A stretch of DNA of 64,000 nt from assembly GCA_036556965.1 (NCBI GenBank), contig DATBIO010000241.1, forward strand, positions 160 to 64,159. The letters run 5' to 3'. This stretch comes from Vicinamibacteria bacterium (GTDB lineage: Bacteria; Acidobacteriota; Vicinamibacteria; Fen-336). The notes below the pieces were generated by a model. The model had not been told where the DNA came from. It did not search any database and was given only the letters and a program-made list of their open reading frames with translations. This document shows positions 30,090 to 38,592 of the stretch, one piece after another. Positions within the stretch are counted from its first letter, which is position 1, and every line of letters begins with the position of its first letter. A program made the translations under genes and the position numbers.

Positions 30090-31079
30090 ATGAGACGTAG
30101 CCGCATCGTGGTCGCTATCTCGCTGTTGGTCCTGGCCTTGGGCTCGGCGGGGGCCGCCGTGGCCTGGTACCTGGATCCCGGCCGGTCCGCGGTGGGGCCG
30201 CTTCCCGGCGAGGGGCTCAGCCTCCCCGCGGAGACCCGCTTCCTGGCGGGGCTGGACGTGCCGCGCTTCGTGGCCAGCCCCTTCTACGAGCGCGCGCGCA
30301 AGGGCGCCGGGACCGACGCCCTGGCCGAGATCGAGAAGCACACGGGCCTCGACCCCGAGCGCGACGTGGACACCCTGGTGATCGCGGGGCAGGGCGGCGC
30401 CTCGGCGGCGGGCGGGCTGGTCCTGGTGAAGGGCCGCTTCGACCGCTACAAGGTCACGCGCGCCATCGAGCAGGAGAAGAAGGCCGTCACCTGGAAGCAG
30501 CAGGACGGCGTCACCATCTACGTCCTGCGCGAGGGCAAGAAGGACGCGGGAGCGCTCGCCTTCCTCTCCGACGACGTGTTCGTCATCGGCGACCAGCGCG
30601 CGGTGGAACGGATGGTCAGCGGCCGCGCCGCGGGCAAGGCCGACCTGCGGGGCAACGAGCAGCTGATGGGCCTGCTGGGCCAGGTGCGCGCGGGGGCGAC
30701 GTTCTGGGCGGTGGGCGACCAGACCGCGCTCAGCCACGCGCCGCGCTCGCTGCCCGGCGCGCGGGGCGCGAGCCTGCCCCTGCCGGGGTTGAAGTCGGTG
30801 GTCCTCACCGGCGACCTCGACCCCCTCATCGCGGTGGAGCTCACGGGCGAGGCGGAGGACGAGAAGGCGGCGCGCGGGCTGGGCGACGTGGTCAAGGGCT
30901 TCGTGGCCCTGGCCACCCTGCAGGCCTCCAGCAAGCCCGAGCTCGGGGAGCTGGCGCAGTCGGTCAGCGTCACCACCGACGGCACGCGCGTGCAGGTCAG
31001 CGCGCGTGTGCCCTACACGCTCCTCGACGCGCTGGAGGCCAAGCCGGCGGCCGCCTCCGCACCCATCGCCTCGCGCTGA
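30090..31079 (+). CDS. hypothetical periplasmic / membrane-anchored protein
   Basis: A GGAGGG SD 5 nt from the ATG. N-terminal anchor MRRSRIVVAISLLVLALGSAGAAVA. No family recognised. Confidence 0.6.
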   Translation: MRRSRIVVAISLLVLALGSAGAAVAWYLDPGRSAVGPLPGEGLSLPAETRFLAGLDVPRFVASPFYERARKGAGTDALAEIEKHTGLDPERDVDTLVIAGQGGASAAGGLVLVKGRFDRYKVTRAIEQEKKAVTWKQQDGVTIYVLREGKKDAGALAFLSDDVFVIGDQRAVERMVSGRAAGKADLRGNEQLMGLLGQVRAGATFWAVGDQTALSHAPRSLPGARGASLPLPGLKSVVLTGDLDPLIAVELTGEAEDEKAARGLGDVVKGFVALATLQASSKPELGELAQSVSVTTDGTRVQVSARVPYTLLDALEAKPAAASAPIASR

Positions 31080-31146
31080 CCTTCGGCGCGCCGAGCCGGC
31101 AGCCGGGCGGTGAAGCCCCGGCTGTCGGCTCCGGTGCCCGCCGCCC

Positions 31147-32241
31147 CTAGTCGATGAACAGCCGCACGTCGAGCCGGATGCGGCGCACCCAGTGGTCCTG
31201 CTCCTCGATGCGCGGGCTGTCCTTGAACCGCTGCATCTGCCCGGTGACGTGGACGGCCAGCGCCTGCGCGACGCGGACGCCGAGGTCCACGCGGTGCCCC
31301 TCCCAGCCGGTGCCCCAGAAGAAGTCGTCGGTGGCGTAGGCGGCCACGGTGGCATCGCGCTCCACCCTGGCGTAGGTGTATTCCAGGCGGGCGCGCGCCG
31401 TGCGCGTGGACCCGAACACGCCGGCCAGCCACAGGCCGTTGTTGAGCTCGTCGGCGGCCACGTTCCAGCAGTAGTTGGCCACCAGCTCGGAGTGGAGGCC
31501 GCCCTCCCGCCTCACCCGCACCACCGCGTCGATCACCTTGTAGTCGTCGGTGAGGAGCCCGTCCACCCTGGAGTTCTGGCGGCGGATCATGGGCTCGAGC
31601 TCCGCCAGGTCGTTGAAGTAGACGAAGGACCCGGTCACCTCCACGCTGGAGTCGGGGCCCGAGGCCCAGCCCAGCTTGACCGAGCCCACCAGCATCTCCG
31701 TCTCGTCGTCCTCGAAGACGTGGCTGCCGCGCGTGGCCAGCAGCGTGAGGCCCGCCCGGTCGGCCCCCGAGGCGTCCTTGGACATGAGGCCCACCGTCAC
31801 GCCCTGCGGGCGCAGGTCGCGGTCCCAGATCATCTCCGTGAAGCCCACGGGCATGAAGAAGCGCCCGGCCTGCAGGCGGAAGCCGCCCGCCTCCAGGCCG
31901 GCGTAGGCCAGGTCGAGGCGCACGTCCTCCGCGTCGTAGTTGTCGCGGATGAGCAGGGGCCGGATCTCGCCCACGTTCTCGGCGTCGCTGGTGTTGAGCT
32001 CGCCCCCCACCCCGGCCAGGAAGCCCCCCGCGTTGAGGGTGACGCGCGGGCGCAGCTGGAAGCGCCACCGCTCCGTGTTCGTGAACTCGGCCTGTCCCGG
32101 CGGGGGGAAGATCTCGCGCGTCCACTCGTCGCGGAAGAAGCTGTCGACCTCGAAGTCGAAGTCGGGGCCCTGGCCGCCCTGGGCGAAGGCGGCGGCGGCG
32201 GCGAGCACGAGCAGGGGGGTGGCGATCAGGGGACGCAGCAT
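31147..32241 (-). CDS. hypothetical secreted protein, possibly outer-membrane beta-barrel
   Basis: An internal ATG gives the signal peptide MLRPLIATPLLVLAAAAAFAQ. Alternating amphipathic strands. The upstream 250 codons of the ORF are junk. Confidence 0.55.
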   Translation of the reverse strand: MLRPLIATPLLVLAAAAAFAQGGQGPDFDFEVDSFFRDEWTREIFPPPGQAEFTNTERWRFQLRPRVTLNAGGFLAGVGGELNTSDAENVGEIRPLLIRDNYDAEDVRLDLAYAGLEAGGFRLQAGRFFMPVGFTEMIWDRDLRPQGVTVGLMSKDASGADRAGLTLLATRGSHVFEDDETEMLVGSVKLGWASGPDSSVEVTGSFVYFNDLAELEPMIRRQNSRVDGLLTDDYKVIDAVVRVRREGGLHSELVANYCWNVAADELNNGLWLAGVFGSTRTARARLEYTYARVERDATVAAYATDDFFWGTGWEGHRVDLGVRVAQALAVHVTGQMQRFKDSPRIEEQDHWVRRIRLDVRLFID

Positions 32242-32301
32242 GGGCCGGCATTGTAGCCGCCGGAGTGGACCTGTCCGGTCCGGCGCGAATAGCATCGCAC
32301 C

Positions 32302-33012
32302 GTGGCCGCCGTCCCCTCCCGCGACGTCCCGCGCGTGGCCGTGGTCATCCCCGCCCTGGACGAGGAGGAGGCCATCGGCGCCGTGCTCGCCGAGCTGCCC
32401 CCCGGGGCGCACCGCGTGATCGTGGTGGACAACGGCTCGCGCGACCGCACCGCGGCCGTGGCCCGCGCCGCGGGCGCCACCGTCGTGCACGAGCCGCGCC
32501 GCGGGTACGGCTCCGCCTGCCTGGCCGGGATCGCCGCCGCGCCCGAGGCGGAGGTGGTGGCCTTCCTCGACGGCGACCACAGCGACCATCCCGCGCAGCT
32601 GCGCGACGTGCTCGCCCCCATCCTCCGCGGAGAGGCCGACCTCGTGATCGGCTCGCGCGCGCGGGGCCGGCGCGCGCCCGGCGCGCATCCCTGGCACGCC
32701 ATCCTCGGCACGCGCCTGTGCGTCGCCCTCATGAACGCCCTCATCGGAACGCGCGCCACCGACCTGGGCCCCTTCCGCGCCATCACCGCCGGCGCCCTGC
32801 GGCGCCTGGACATGCGGGACGGGGGGTTCGGCTGGACGGTGGAGATGCAGATCAAGGCGCGGCGTCGCGGCCTGCGCGTGGTGGAGGTGGCGGTGGACTA
32901 CCGCCCGCGCGTGGGGCGGAGCAAGGTGAGCGGCACCCTCCGGGGGAGCGTGGGCGCGGGCGCGAAGATCCTGGGCCTGATCGCCCGGCATGCCCTGTCC
33001 GGACGCGCCTGA
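32302..33012 (+). CDS. family 2 glycosyltransferase (polyprenol-phosphate sugar synthase-like, TIGR04283-type)
   Basis: VAVVIPALDEEEAIGAVL, VIVVDNGSRDRT and DGDHSD (DxD) motifs. GTG start. Confidence 0.85.
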   Translation: MAAVPSRDVPRVAVVIPALDEEEAIGAVLAELPPGAHRVIVVDNGSRDRTAAVARAAGATVVHEPRRGYGSACLAGIAAAPEAEVVAFLDGDHSDHPAQLRDVLAPILRGEADLVIGSRARGRRAPGAHPWHAILGTRLCVALMNALIGTRATDLGPFRAITAGALRRLDMRDGGFGWTVEMQIKARRRGLRVVEVAVDYRPRVGRSKVSGTLRGSVGAGAKILGLIARHALSGRA

Positions 33013-34282
33013 CCGGGGCCGCGCCGCCCTCCGCCTGGTGGGGGCCGGCGCCGCCCTTTCCCTCTGCGTGGCCGTCTGGGCCCTCCAGGGCGACCAGACG
33101 CCGCGCGTCCCCTCCTTCCTCGTGCTGTACGCCGCCGCCTTCGCCGCCTATCTCGCGGCGGTGGCCACCAGCCGCGACGTCACGCCCGGGGCGCTGCGCC
33201 TCTGCCTTCTCGCGGCGGTGGCCTGGCGCGTGGCCCTGGTGGCCGCCCCCCCGCTGCTCTCCAACGACGTCCACCGCTCGGTCTACGAGGGGCGGGTGCA
33301 GAACGCCGGGGGCAACCCCTACGCCTGGCGGTTCCGCGCCGAGGTGGCGCCCGCGTCCCTGCGCGACGAGTCGTGGGAGCGCATGAACCACAAGCGGTAC
33401 ACCGCGATCTACCCGCCGCTGTGGCAGCTCGCGGCCCGCGCCGTCACCGCGCTCTGGCCCAGCGCCACCGCCATCAAGGCGCTGGTGGCCGCCTGCGAGA
33501 TGCTGTCGTGGTGGCCGCTGGCCCTCCTGCTGCGCCGCCGGGGGCTGCCGCGGGGCCGGCTCCTCGTCGCGGCCTGGAGCCCCCTCGCCCTCGTGGAGGG
33601 CGCGGGCAGCGGCCACAACGACGCCCTGGCCATCGCGCTGCTGGTGGGGGCCCTCTGCGCCCTCGAGGCGGGGCGGCCGGCCCTCGCCGCCCTCCTCGGC
33701 GGCCTGGGCGCGGCGGCCAAGCTGCTGCCGGCGCTGGTGGCGGCGGCCTGGGCGCGGCGCTTCCGCCCCTGGCACCTGCTGGTCCCCCTTGCCGTCATGG
33801 CCGCCCTCCTCCTGCCGTTCCGCGGGGCCGGCCCGGGCCTGTGGCGCAGCCTCCAGGACTACGGCCGCTACTGGCGCTTCAACGAGACGGGCTTCGCGCT
33901 GCTGGCCGGCATCGCGGGGTCGCACGAGAGCGCGGCCGCGGGCGCCGCGGGCCTCCTGCTCGCCCTCGCCGCCGCCCTGGCCTGGCGGGGCGTGGACGCC
34001 GTCGGCGCGGCCATGGCGCTGGCCACGGCGTGGATCGTGCTGTCCCCCAACGTCCTGCCCTGGTACGCGCTGTGGCTGGTCCCGCTGCTCGCGCTGCGGG
34101 ACGCGCCGCCGCTCATGGCCCTCACCGCGCTGCTGCCGCTGGCCTACCTCGTCTACCCGGCGTGGCTGGCCGGAGGCGAATGGCGCGTGGGCTGGGGCGT
34201 GCGCGCCGCCGAGTACCTTCCCCCGCTGCTGCTGGCGGGGCTCGCGTGGCGGCGCCGCGGCGCCGCTCGCCCTCTCGCATGA
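32990..34282 (+). CDS. integral-membrane glycosyltransferase (DUF2029 / GT87-like, polyprenol-phosphate-sugar dependent)
   Basis: About 10 TM helices. Conserved HxxY/W-rich loops. Overlaps the stop of the GT2 gene by 23 nt. Confidence 0.6.
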   Translation: MPCPDAPDRGRAALRLVGAGAALSLCVAVWALQGDQTPRVPSFLVLYAAAFAAYLAAVATSRDVTPGALRLCLLAAVAWRVALVAAPPLLSNDVHRSVYEGRVQNAGGNPYAWRFRAEVAPASLRDESWERMNHKRYTAIYPPLWQLAARAVTALWPSATAIKALVAACEMLSWWPLALLLRRRGLPRGRLLVAAWSPLALVEGAGSGHNDALAIALLVGALCALEAGRPALAALLGGLGAAAKLLPALVAAAWARRFRPWHLLVPLAVMAALLLPFRGAGPGLWRSLQDYGRYWRFNETGFALLAGIAGSHESAAAGAAGLLLALAAALAWRGVDAVGAAMALATAWIVLSPNVLPWYALWLVPLLALRDAPPLMALTALLPLAYLVYPAWLAGGEWRVGWGVRAAEYLPPLLLAGLAWRRRGAARPLA

Positions 34283-34959
34283 CCGAGGACGTCCTGATCG
34301 TGTTCCTCAAGGCGCCGCGGCCGGGGGCGGTCAAGACCCGCCTCCTGCCCGCGCTGAGCGAAGAGGAGGCCGCCCTCGTCTACCGCGCCCTGGCCGAGGC
34401 CGCGGTCCGGGCCACGGCGCCCGCTCCCGGCGGATACCGGCGGGTGTTCTTCTTCACGCCGGCCGAGGCCCGGGCGGAGATGGCCGCGTGGCTGCCCGGC
34501 GCGGCGCTCTTCGCGCAGGAGGGCGGCGACCTGGGCGCGCGCATGCTCCACGCGCTGTCCGCGGCCCTGGCCGGCGGCGCCGCGCGTGCGGCCGTGATCG
34601 GCAGCGACGTGCCGTGGCTGACTCGCGAAGCGGTCGAGGCGGCGTTCGCCGGGCTGGAGGGCCACGACCTCGTCCTCGGTCCCTCGCCCGACGGCGGCTA
34701 CTACCTGATTGCCCTGCGGCAGGCCCACCCCGGGCTGTTCGCGGACGTCCCCTGGAGCACGCCGGAGGTGCTGCGGGCGACGCGCGAGCGGGCGGCGCGC
34801 CTCGGCCTGCGCGTGCGCCTCCTGCCGCCGCTGCCGGACGTCGACACGGTCGAGGACCTCCGGCGGGAGTGGGGAAGGCTACGGCCCCTGCTGGCGGACC
34901 GCCCGGAGGCGGCGCGCCGGATGGAGGCTCGCCTCGGCCTCGCCGCGCCCGGCGGCTGA
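34279..34959 (+). CDS. DUF2064 / TIGR04282-family protein (partner of TIGR04283 GT2)
   Basis: LIVFLKAPRPGAVKTRL and GPSPDGGYYLIAL blocks. ATG overlaps the previous stop (ATGA). Confidence 0.7.
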   Translation: MTEDVLIVFLKAPRPGAVKTRLLPALSEEEAALVYRALAEAAVRATAPAPGGYRRVFFFTPAEARAEMAAWLPGAALFAQEGGDLGARMLHALSAALAGGAARAAVIGSDVPWLTREAVEAAFAGLEGHDLVLGPSPDGGYYLIALRQAHPGLFADVPWSTPEVLRATRERAARLGLRVRLLPPLPDVDTVEDLRREWGRLRPLLADRPEAARRMEARLGLAAPGG

Positions 34960-35041
34960 GAAGTGCATCGGCCGGACGGAGGAGCCCTCCGCCCGGCCGT
35001 CGGGCCTCGAACGTGCCCCGTGCCGCAGCCCGCTCCCGCGG

Positions 35042-35191
35042 CTACGGCTTGGGCGGGATCGGCGTGCCGCCGTCGAACGTGCCGGCCCGGTCGTCCTCGA
35101 CCGCCGCGGTCCTCTCGAGGAACCTCCCGCGCGGGCCGTCCCAGCCCCAGTCCCAGAACAACAGCGTGAAGACGACGAAGAGCTCCGCCAT
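35042..35191 (-). CDS. 49-aa predicted single-TM small protein
   Basis: AGGGAGG 5 nt upstream of the ATG. Sequence MAELFVVFTLLFWDWGWDGPRG. Shorter than the ORF-track minimum, so not listed on its own. Confidence 0.35.
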   Translation of the reverse strand: MAELFVVFTLLFWDWGWDGPRGRFLERTAAVEDDRAGTFDGGTPIPPKP

Positions 35192-35302
35192 CGTGACCTC
35201 CCTGCAGGCGTTATGGTCCTGCCGGGGGCGGAGCATGACATACAGCGTCAATGAATCTGACGAAAACGAGCGTCGGAAACCCGGGAAATCTGTACCCGAC
35301 GC

Positions 35303-35333
35303 TTGCGGTCCGGTACGCGCCATCGCCTATAAT
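35303..35333 (+). promoter_or_regulatory. perfect TATAAT -10 box about 27 nt upstream of the regulator gene, in a low-GC intergenic patch
   Basis: gcctATAATtcgg at about 35328-35333. A weak TTGCGG sits 19 nt upstream. Confidence 0.3.
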
Positions 35334-35359
35334 TCGGCGGATTCTGTAAGGCGGTTGCC

Positions 35360-36031
35360 ATGCTCGAACGACAGCTGTCGGAACTGACCCAACTGCTCCT
35401 GGCGGACGACCCGAAGCGCGGAGCGCAGCGCGCGCTGCAGGTCCTGGCCATGCGCAACAACGCGCGCGTGGCCGCGCTCTTCACCGTCGCCAGCGGGGAC
35501 CAGCAGCGGCTGCGCCTGTTCGCCTCGGAGGCGCTCGACCAGGCCGCGCTCGACGTCGCGACGCAGCTCTTCGCCGCCCATCGCCGGGCCCTGGCCGCGG
35601 GCGAGCCGGCGCGCAGCGGAGGCGCGGTACCCCACGAGCTGCAGGCGGTCATGCTGCCCGTGCGCGACGAGGACGACGACATGGTGGGCCTGGTCTACCT
35701 CGACAGCGCGGACCCGCGCTTCCCGGAGGCCATCGACCTCGACGGCGTGCGGCGCTTCTCGGGCGTGCTGGCCGCCGCCCTCGCCGGCAACACGGAGCGT
35801 CCCGCCCCCGTGGCCCCCACCAACCCCGAGAGCTATCTGGAGCTCACCGCGCCCCACGAGGTGCGGCGGCACCAGCTCCTGCTCCTGCTCGAGCGGCACG
35901 AGTGGAACGTGGCCCGGGTGGCGCGCGCCATGGGCTGCGCGCGCATGACCATCTACTCCTGGCTCGCGCGCTACGGCATCGAGCGCCGGCGCATCCGGAA
36001 GACCAAGCCGAGGATCGCGCCCGCGGACTGA
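35360..36031 (+). CDS. transcriptional regulator: N-terminal GAF-like sensor domain + C-terminal Fis-type HTH
   Basis: The C-terminus WNVARVARAMGCARMTIYSWLARYGI is a Fis/NtrC-type HTH_8. No sigma-54 AAA+ domain. Confidence 0.6.
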   Translation: MLERQLSELTQLLLADDPKRGAQRALQVLAMRNNARVAALFTVASGDQQRLRLFASEALDQAALDVATQLFAAHRRALAAGEPARSGGAVPHELQAVMLPVRDEDDDMVGLVYLDSADPRFPEAIDLDGVRRFSGVLAAALAGNTERPAPVAPTNPESYLELTAPHEVRRHQLLLLLERHEWNVARVARAMGCARMTIYSWLARYGIERRRIRKTKPRIAPAD

Positions 36032-36714
36032 TGCTCACCCCGGCGCAGGGCGCGCTGGCCCTCGCGAGCGAAGCCGGGTTGCTGGCCGCGTGCGCCGGCC
36101 TCTTCCGGCGGCGGCGCCTGGACTCCTGCTGGACGTTCACGGCCTACCTGTGCGTGGTGTTCGCGGGGGAGGCCCTCGTCCTCTGCTGGCCCGCGCGGTT
36201 CTACAACCTCCAGTTCTGGGTCCTCAAGGAGGCCGCCTACGACACCCTCAAGCTGGGGATCGCCCTCGAGCTTTCCGCCCGCACCTTCCAGGCCTTCCCC
36301 GGTGCCGCGGCCTTCGCCCGCGCCGCCGCGGTGGCGGTGGCGGTGGTCACCGCGACCGTGCTCGTCGTCCTTCCCGCGTCGCCCGGCATCGTGGGCCAGG
36401 CCGCGCAGCTCCACCCCCGGGTGCTGAGCGGTACCATCTGGCTCATGGCCTCGGTGCTGGCCCTCGCCGTTTGGTTCCGCGTGCCCATGGAGCCGTTGCA
36501 CAAGGCCATCCTCCTCGGCTTCGTCCCCTACCTCTTCATCTTCTCCACCGGGCTGAGCCTGCTCGACCTCACGGACTGGGGCTTCCGGCCCTGGTTCAAC
36601 CGGCTCAACCCCGTCGCCTACTTCGCCGTGACGGTGCTGTGGGCCCACGCGGCCTGGCGGCGCCGGGAGGCCGAGGGGCCGGTCGGGCAGGCGCTGGCGG
36701 TCGCCGGCGCGTGA
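36031..36714 (+). CDS. hypothetical polytopic membrane protein
   Basis: Start overlaps the regulator stop (TGATG). About 6 TM helices. Confidence 0.5.
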   Translation: MLTPAQGALALASEAGLLAACAGLFRRRRLDSCWTFTAYLCVVFAGEALVLCWPARFYNLQFWVLKEAAYDTLKLGIALELSARTFQAFPGAAAFARAAAVAVAVVTATVLVVLPASPGIVGQAAQLHPRVLSGTIWLMASVLALAVWFRVPMEPLHKAILLGFVPYLFIFSTGLSLLDLTDWGFRPWFNRLNPVAYFAVTVLWAHAAWRRREAEGPVGQALAVAGA

Positions 36715-37394
36715 GCGTGCTCTGGATCGTGGCCGCCGCCCTGGGCCTCGTCCTGTTCCTGCGCGTCTTCCACCTCCACAACAACCAGGCCATCCGACGG
36801 GACTGGGAGATGCTGCTGACCCCCGCGGGCCTCCAGGCGTACCGCCAGCTCAAGGCCTCCATCAGCCTCGACCTCGAGACCGCGGGCTACTCGTACGGCG
36901 AGGCCCTGCGCTTCCGCGACGCGGGCTCGGTGGACGACGCCATCCGCCTCCTCCGCTCCGGCTGCGCCGTCATCGCCCAGGCCGCGCCCGACCGCCTGCG
37001 GCTCCTGGCCGGCATGTCCGTCTACTCGCGGATGGTGGCGGCGATGCTGCCCGTGCGGCCCCTGCCGGTGCGCGGCTTCCGGCTCCCGGGGACCTGGGGC
37101 GTGGCCGGGCTGGCCACCGTGCTCCATCACGTCGTGGTGACCTCGGTGGAGCAGTTCCGCATCAGGCTCTGGGCGCTGCGCGAGGGCTTCCGCATCGTCC
37201 CCCGCGTCGTCGCGCGCTCCACGGACCGCGTGGCCGCCCACCGCACCCTCGCGGGCACGGACTGGGAGCGTGTGATGGCGGGCCAGGCCGACTTCCAGCT
37301 GCTCAGCGACGAGTCGCTGGAGAGCTTCCGCATCCTGGTGACCGCCCTCTGCGCCGAGAAGCGCGAGCTGGTCCTGTCCTCCCCGGTCGTCTGA
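36711..37394 (+). CDS. hypothetical membrane-anchored protein
   Basis: GTG overlaps the previous stop (GTGA). N-terminal TM segment SVLWIVAAALGLVLFL. Good GC3 bias. Confidence 0.5.
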   Translation: MSVLWIVAAALGLVLFLRVFHLHNNQAIRRDWEMLLTPAGLQAYRQLKASISLDLETAGYSYGEALRFRDAGSVDDAIRLLRSGCAVIAQAAPDRLRLLAGMSVYSRMVAAMLPVRPLPVRGFRLPGTWGVAGLATVLHHVVVTSVEQFRIRLWALREGFRIVPRVVARSTDRVAAHRTLAGTDWERVMAGQADFQLLSDESLESFRILVTALCAEKRELVLSSPVV

Positions 37395-37470
37395 CCGGAG
37401 TTCCGCCGGCCTCCGCCGTCCCCCGGACGCCCGGCGTTATCCTCTCTGTTACGACGGAGAGGAGGGACGC

Positions 37471-37995
37471 ATGGCGGTCAAGGTGAAGCGGCTGACGCTG
37501 TGGCGGCGCGAGGACGGCAACCGTCCGGGCCTGCTGGCGGAGGCGCTGGGGCCCCTGGCCCAGGCCGGCGCCGACCTGAAGGTGGTGATGGGGTACCGCA
37601 TCCCGGGCCGGGAGGACAGGGCCGTCATCGAGCTGGCGCCCGTGTCCAACCGGAAGCAGGAGGAGGCGGCGCGGGCGGGCCGGCTGGCCCCCGCCACCGC
37701 CATCCCCACGCTGCTGGTCGAGGGCGAGGACCGTCCCGCCCTCGGACACGGCCTGAGCCGTGCCCTGGCCGAGGCCGGCATCGACATCGCGTTCCTGGTG
37801 GCGCAGGTGGTGGGGGATCGCTACTGTGCGGTCTTCGGCTTCCCGGGCGAGGAGGACGCGCGGCGGGCGGAGGCCATCATCAAGAAGACGTCGGCCGCGC
37901 ACGCGCGCGCCGCGCGTCCCGCACGCCGGCCCGCCCGCCGCGGCACGAGGAAGGCGGCGCGAGGCCGCCGCGCGAAGGCCCGCCGGCGTCGCTGA
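37471..37995 (+). CDS. tandem ACT-like domain protein with an Arg/Lys-rich C-terminal tail
   Basis: GGAGAGGAGGG SD. Two ACT-like beta-alpha-beta-beta-alpha-beta halves. The last 30 residues are ARPARRPARRGTRKAARGRRAKARRRR. Confidence 0.5.
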   Translation: MAVKVKRLTLWRREDGNRPGLLAEALGPLAQAGADLKVVMGYRIPGREDRAVIELAPVSNRKQEEAARAGRLAPATAIPTLLVEGEDRPALGHGLSRALAEAGIDIAFLVAQVVGDRYCAVFGFPGEEDARRAEAIIKKTSAAHARAARPARRPARRGTRKAARGRRAKARRRR

Positions 37996-38008
37996 CCGGG
38001 CGGGGCCC

Positions 38009-38590
38009 CTAGCCCAGGCCGTTGTGCTTCTTGCGGATCAGCGACAGGAACTCCTCGCGCGTCTGCTGCTGGTCGCGGAACGCTCCCTTCATGCACGACG
38101 TGATGGCGACGGAGTTCTGCTTCTCCACCCCGCGCATGATCATGCACAGGTGCATGGCCTCGATGACCACGCCCACGCCACGCGGCCCGAGCGTGTCCTG
38201 GATGGCCTCGGCGACCTGAACGGTCAGGCGCTCCTGCACCTGGAGGCGGCGCGCGAAGGCGTCCACCAGGCGCGGGATCTTGGACAGCCCCAGCACCTTG
38301 CCGTTGGGGATGTAGGCCACGTGGGCCTTGCCGAAGAAGGGCAGGAGGTGGTGCTCGCACAGCGAGAAGACGTCGATGTCCTTCACCACCACCATCTCGT
38401 CGTAGTCGACGGTGAAGAGCGCCTTGTTGAGCAGCTCGTCGACGTCCTGCGCGTAGCCCTGGGTCAGGAAGCGGAAGGCCTTGTCCACGCGCTCCGGCGT
38501 CTTGACCAGCCCCTCGCGGTCGGGGTCCTCGCCCACCCCCGCGAGGAGGGCCCGGATGTGCGGCCGCAGGTCGAAGGAGTCGCTCCCCAC
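38009..38590 (-). CDS. folE: GTP cyclohydrolase I
   Basis: [49 protein letters not shown] is the FolE active-site signature. GTG start 2 nt after the radical-SAM stop. Confidence 0.85.
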   Translation of the reverse strand: MGSDSFDLRPHIRALLAGVGEDPDREGLVKTPERVDKAFRFLTQGYAQDVDELLNKALFTVDYDEMVVVKDIDVFSLCEHHLLPFFGKAHVAYIPNGKVLGLSKIPRLVDAFARRLQVQERLTVQVAEAIQDTLGPRGVGVVIEAMHLCMIMRGVEKQNSVAITSCMKGAFRDQQQTREEFLSLIRKKHNGLG

Positions 38591-38592
38591 GC

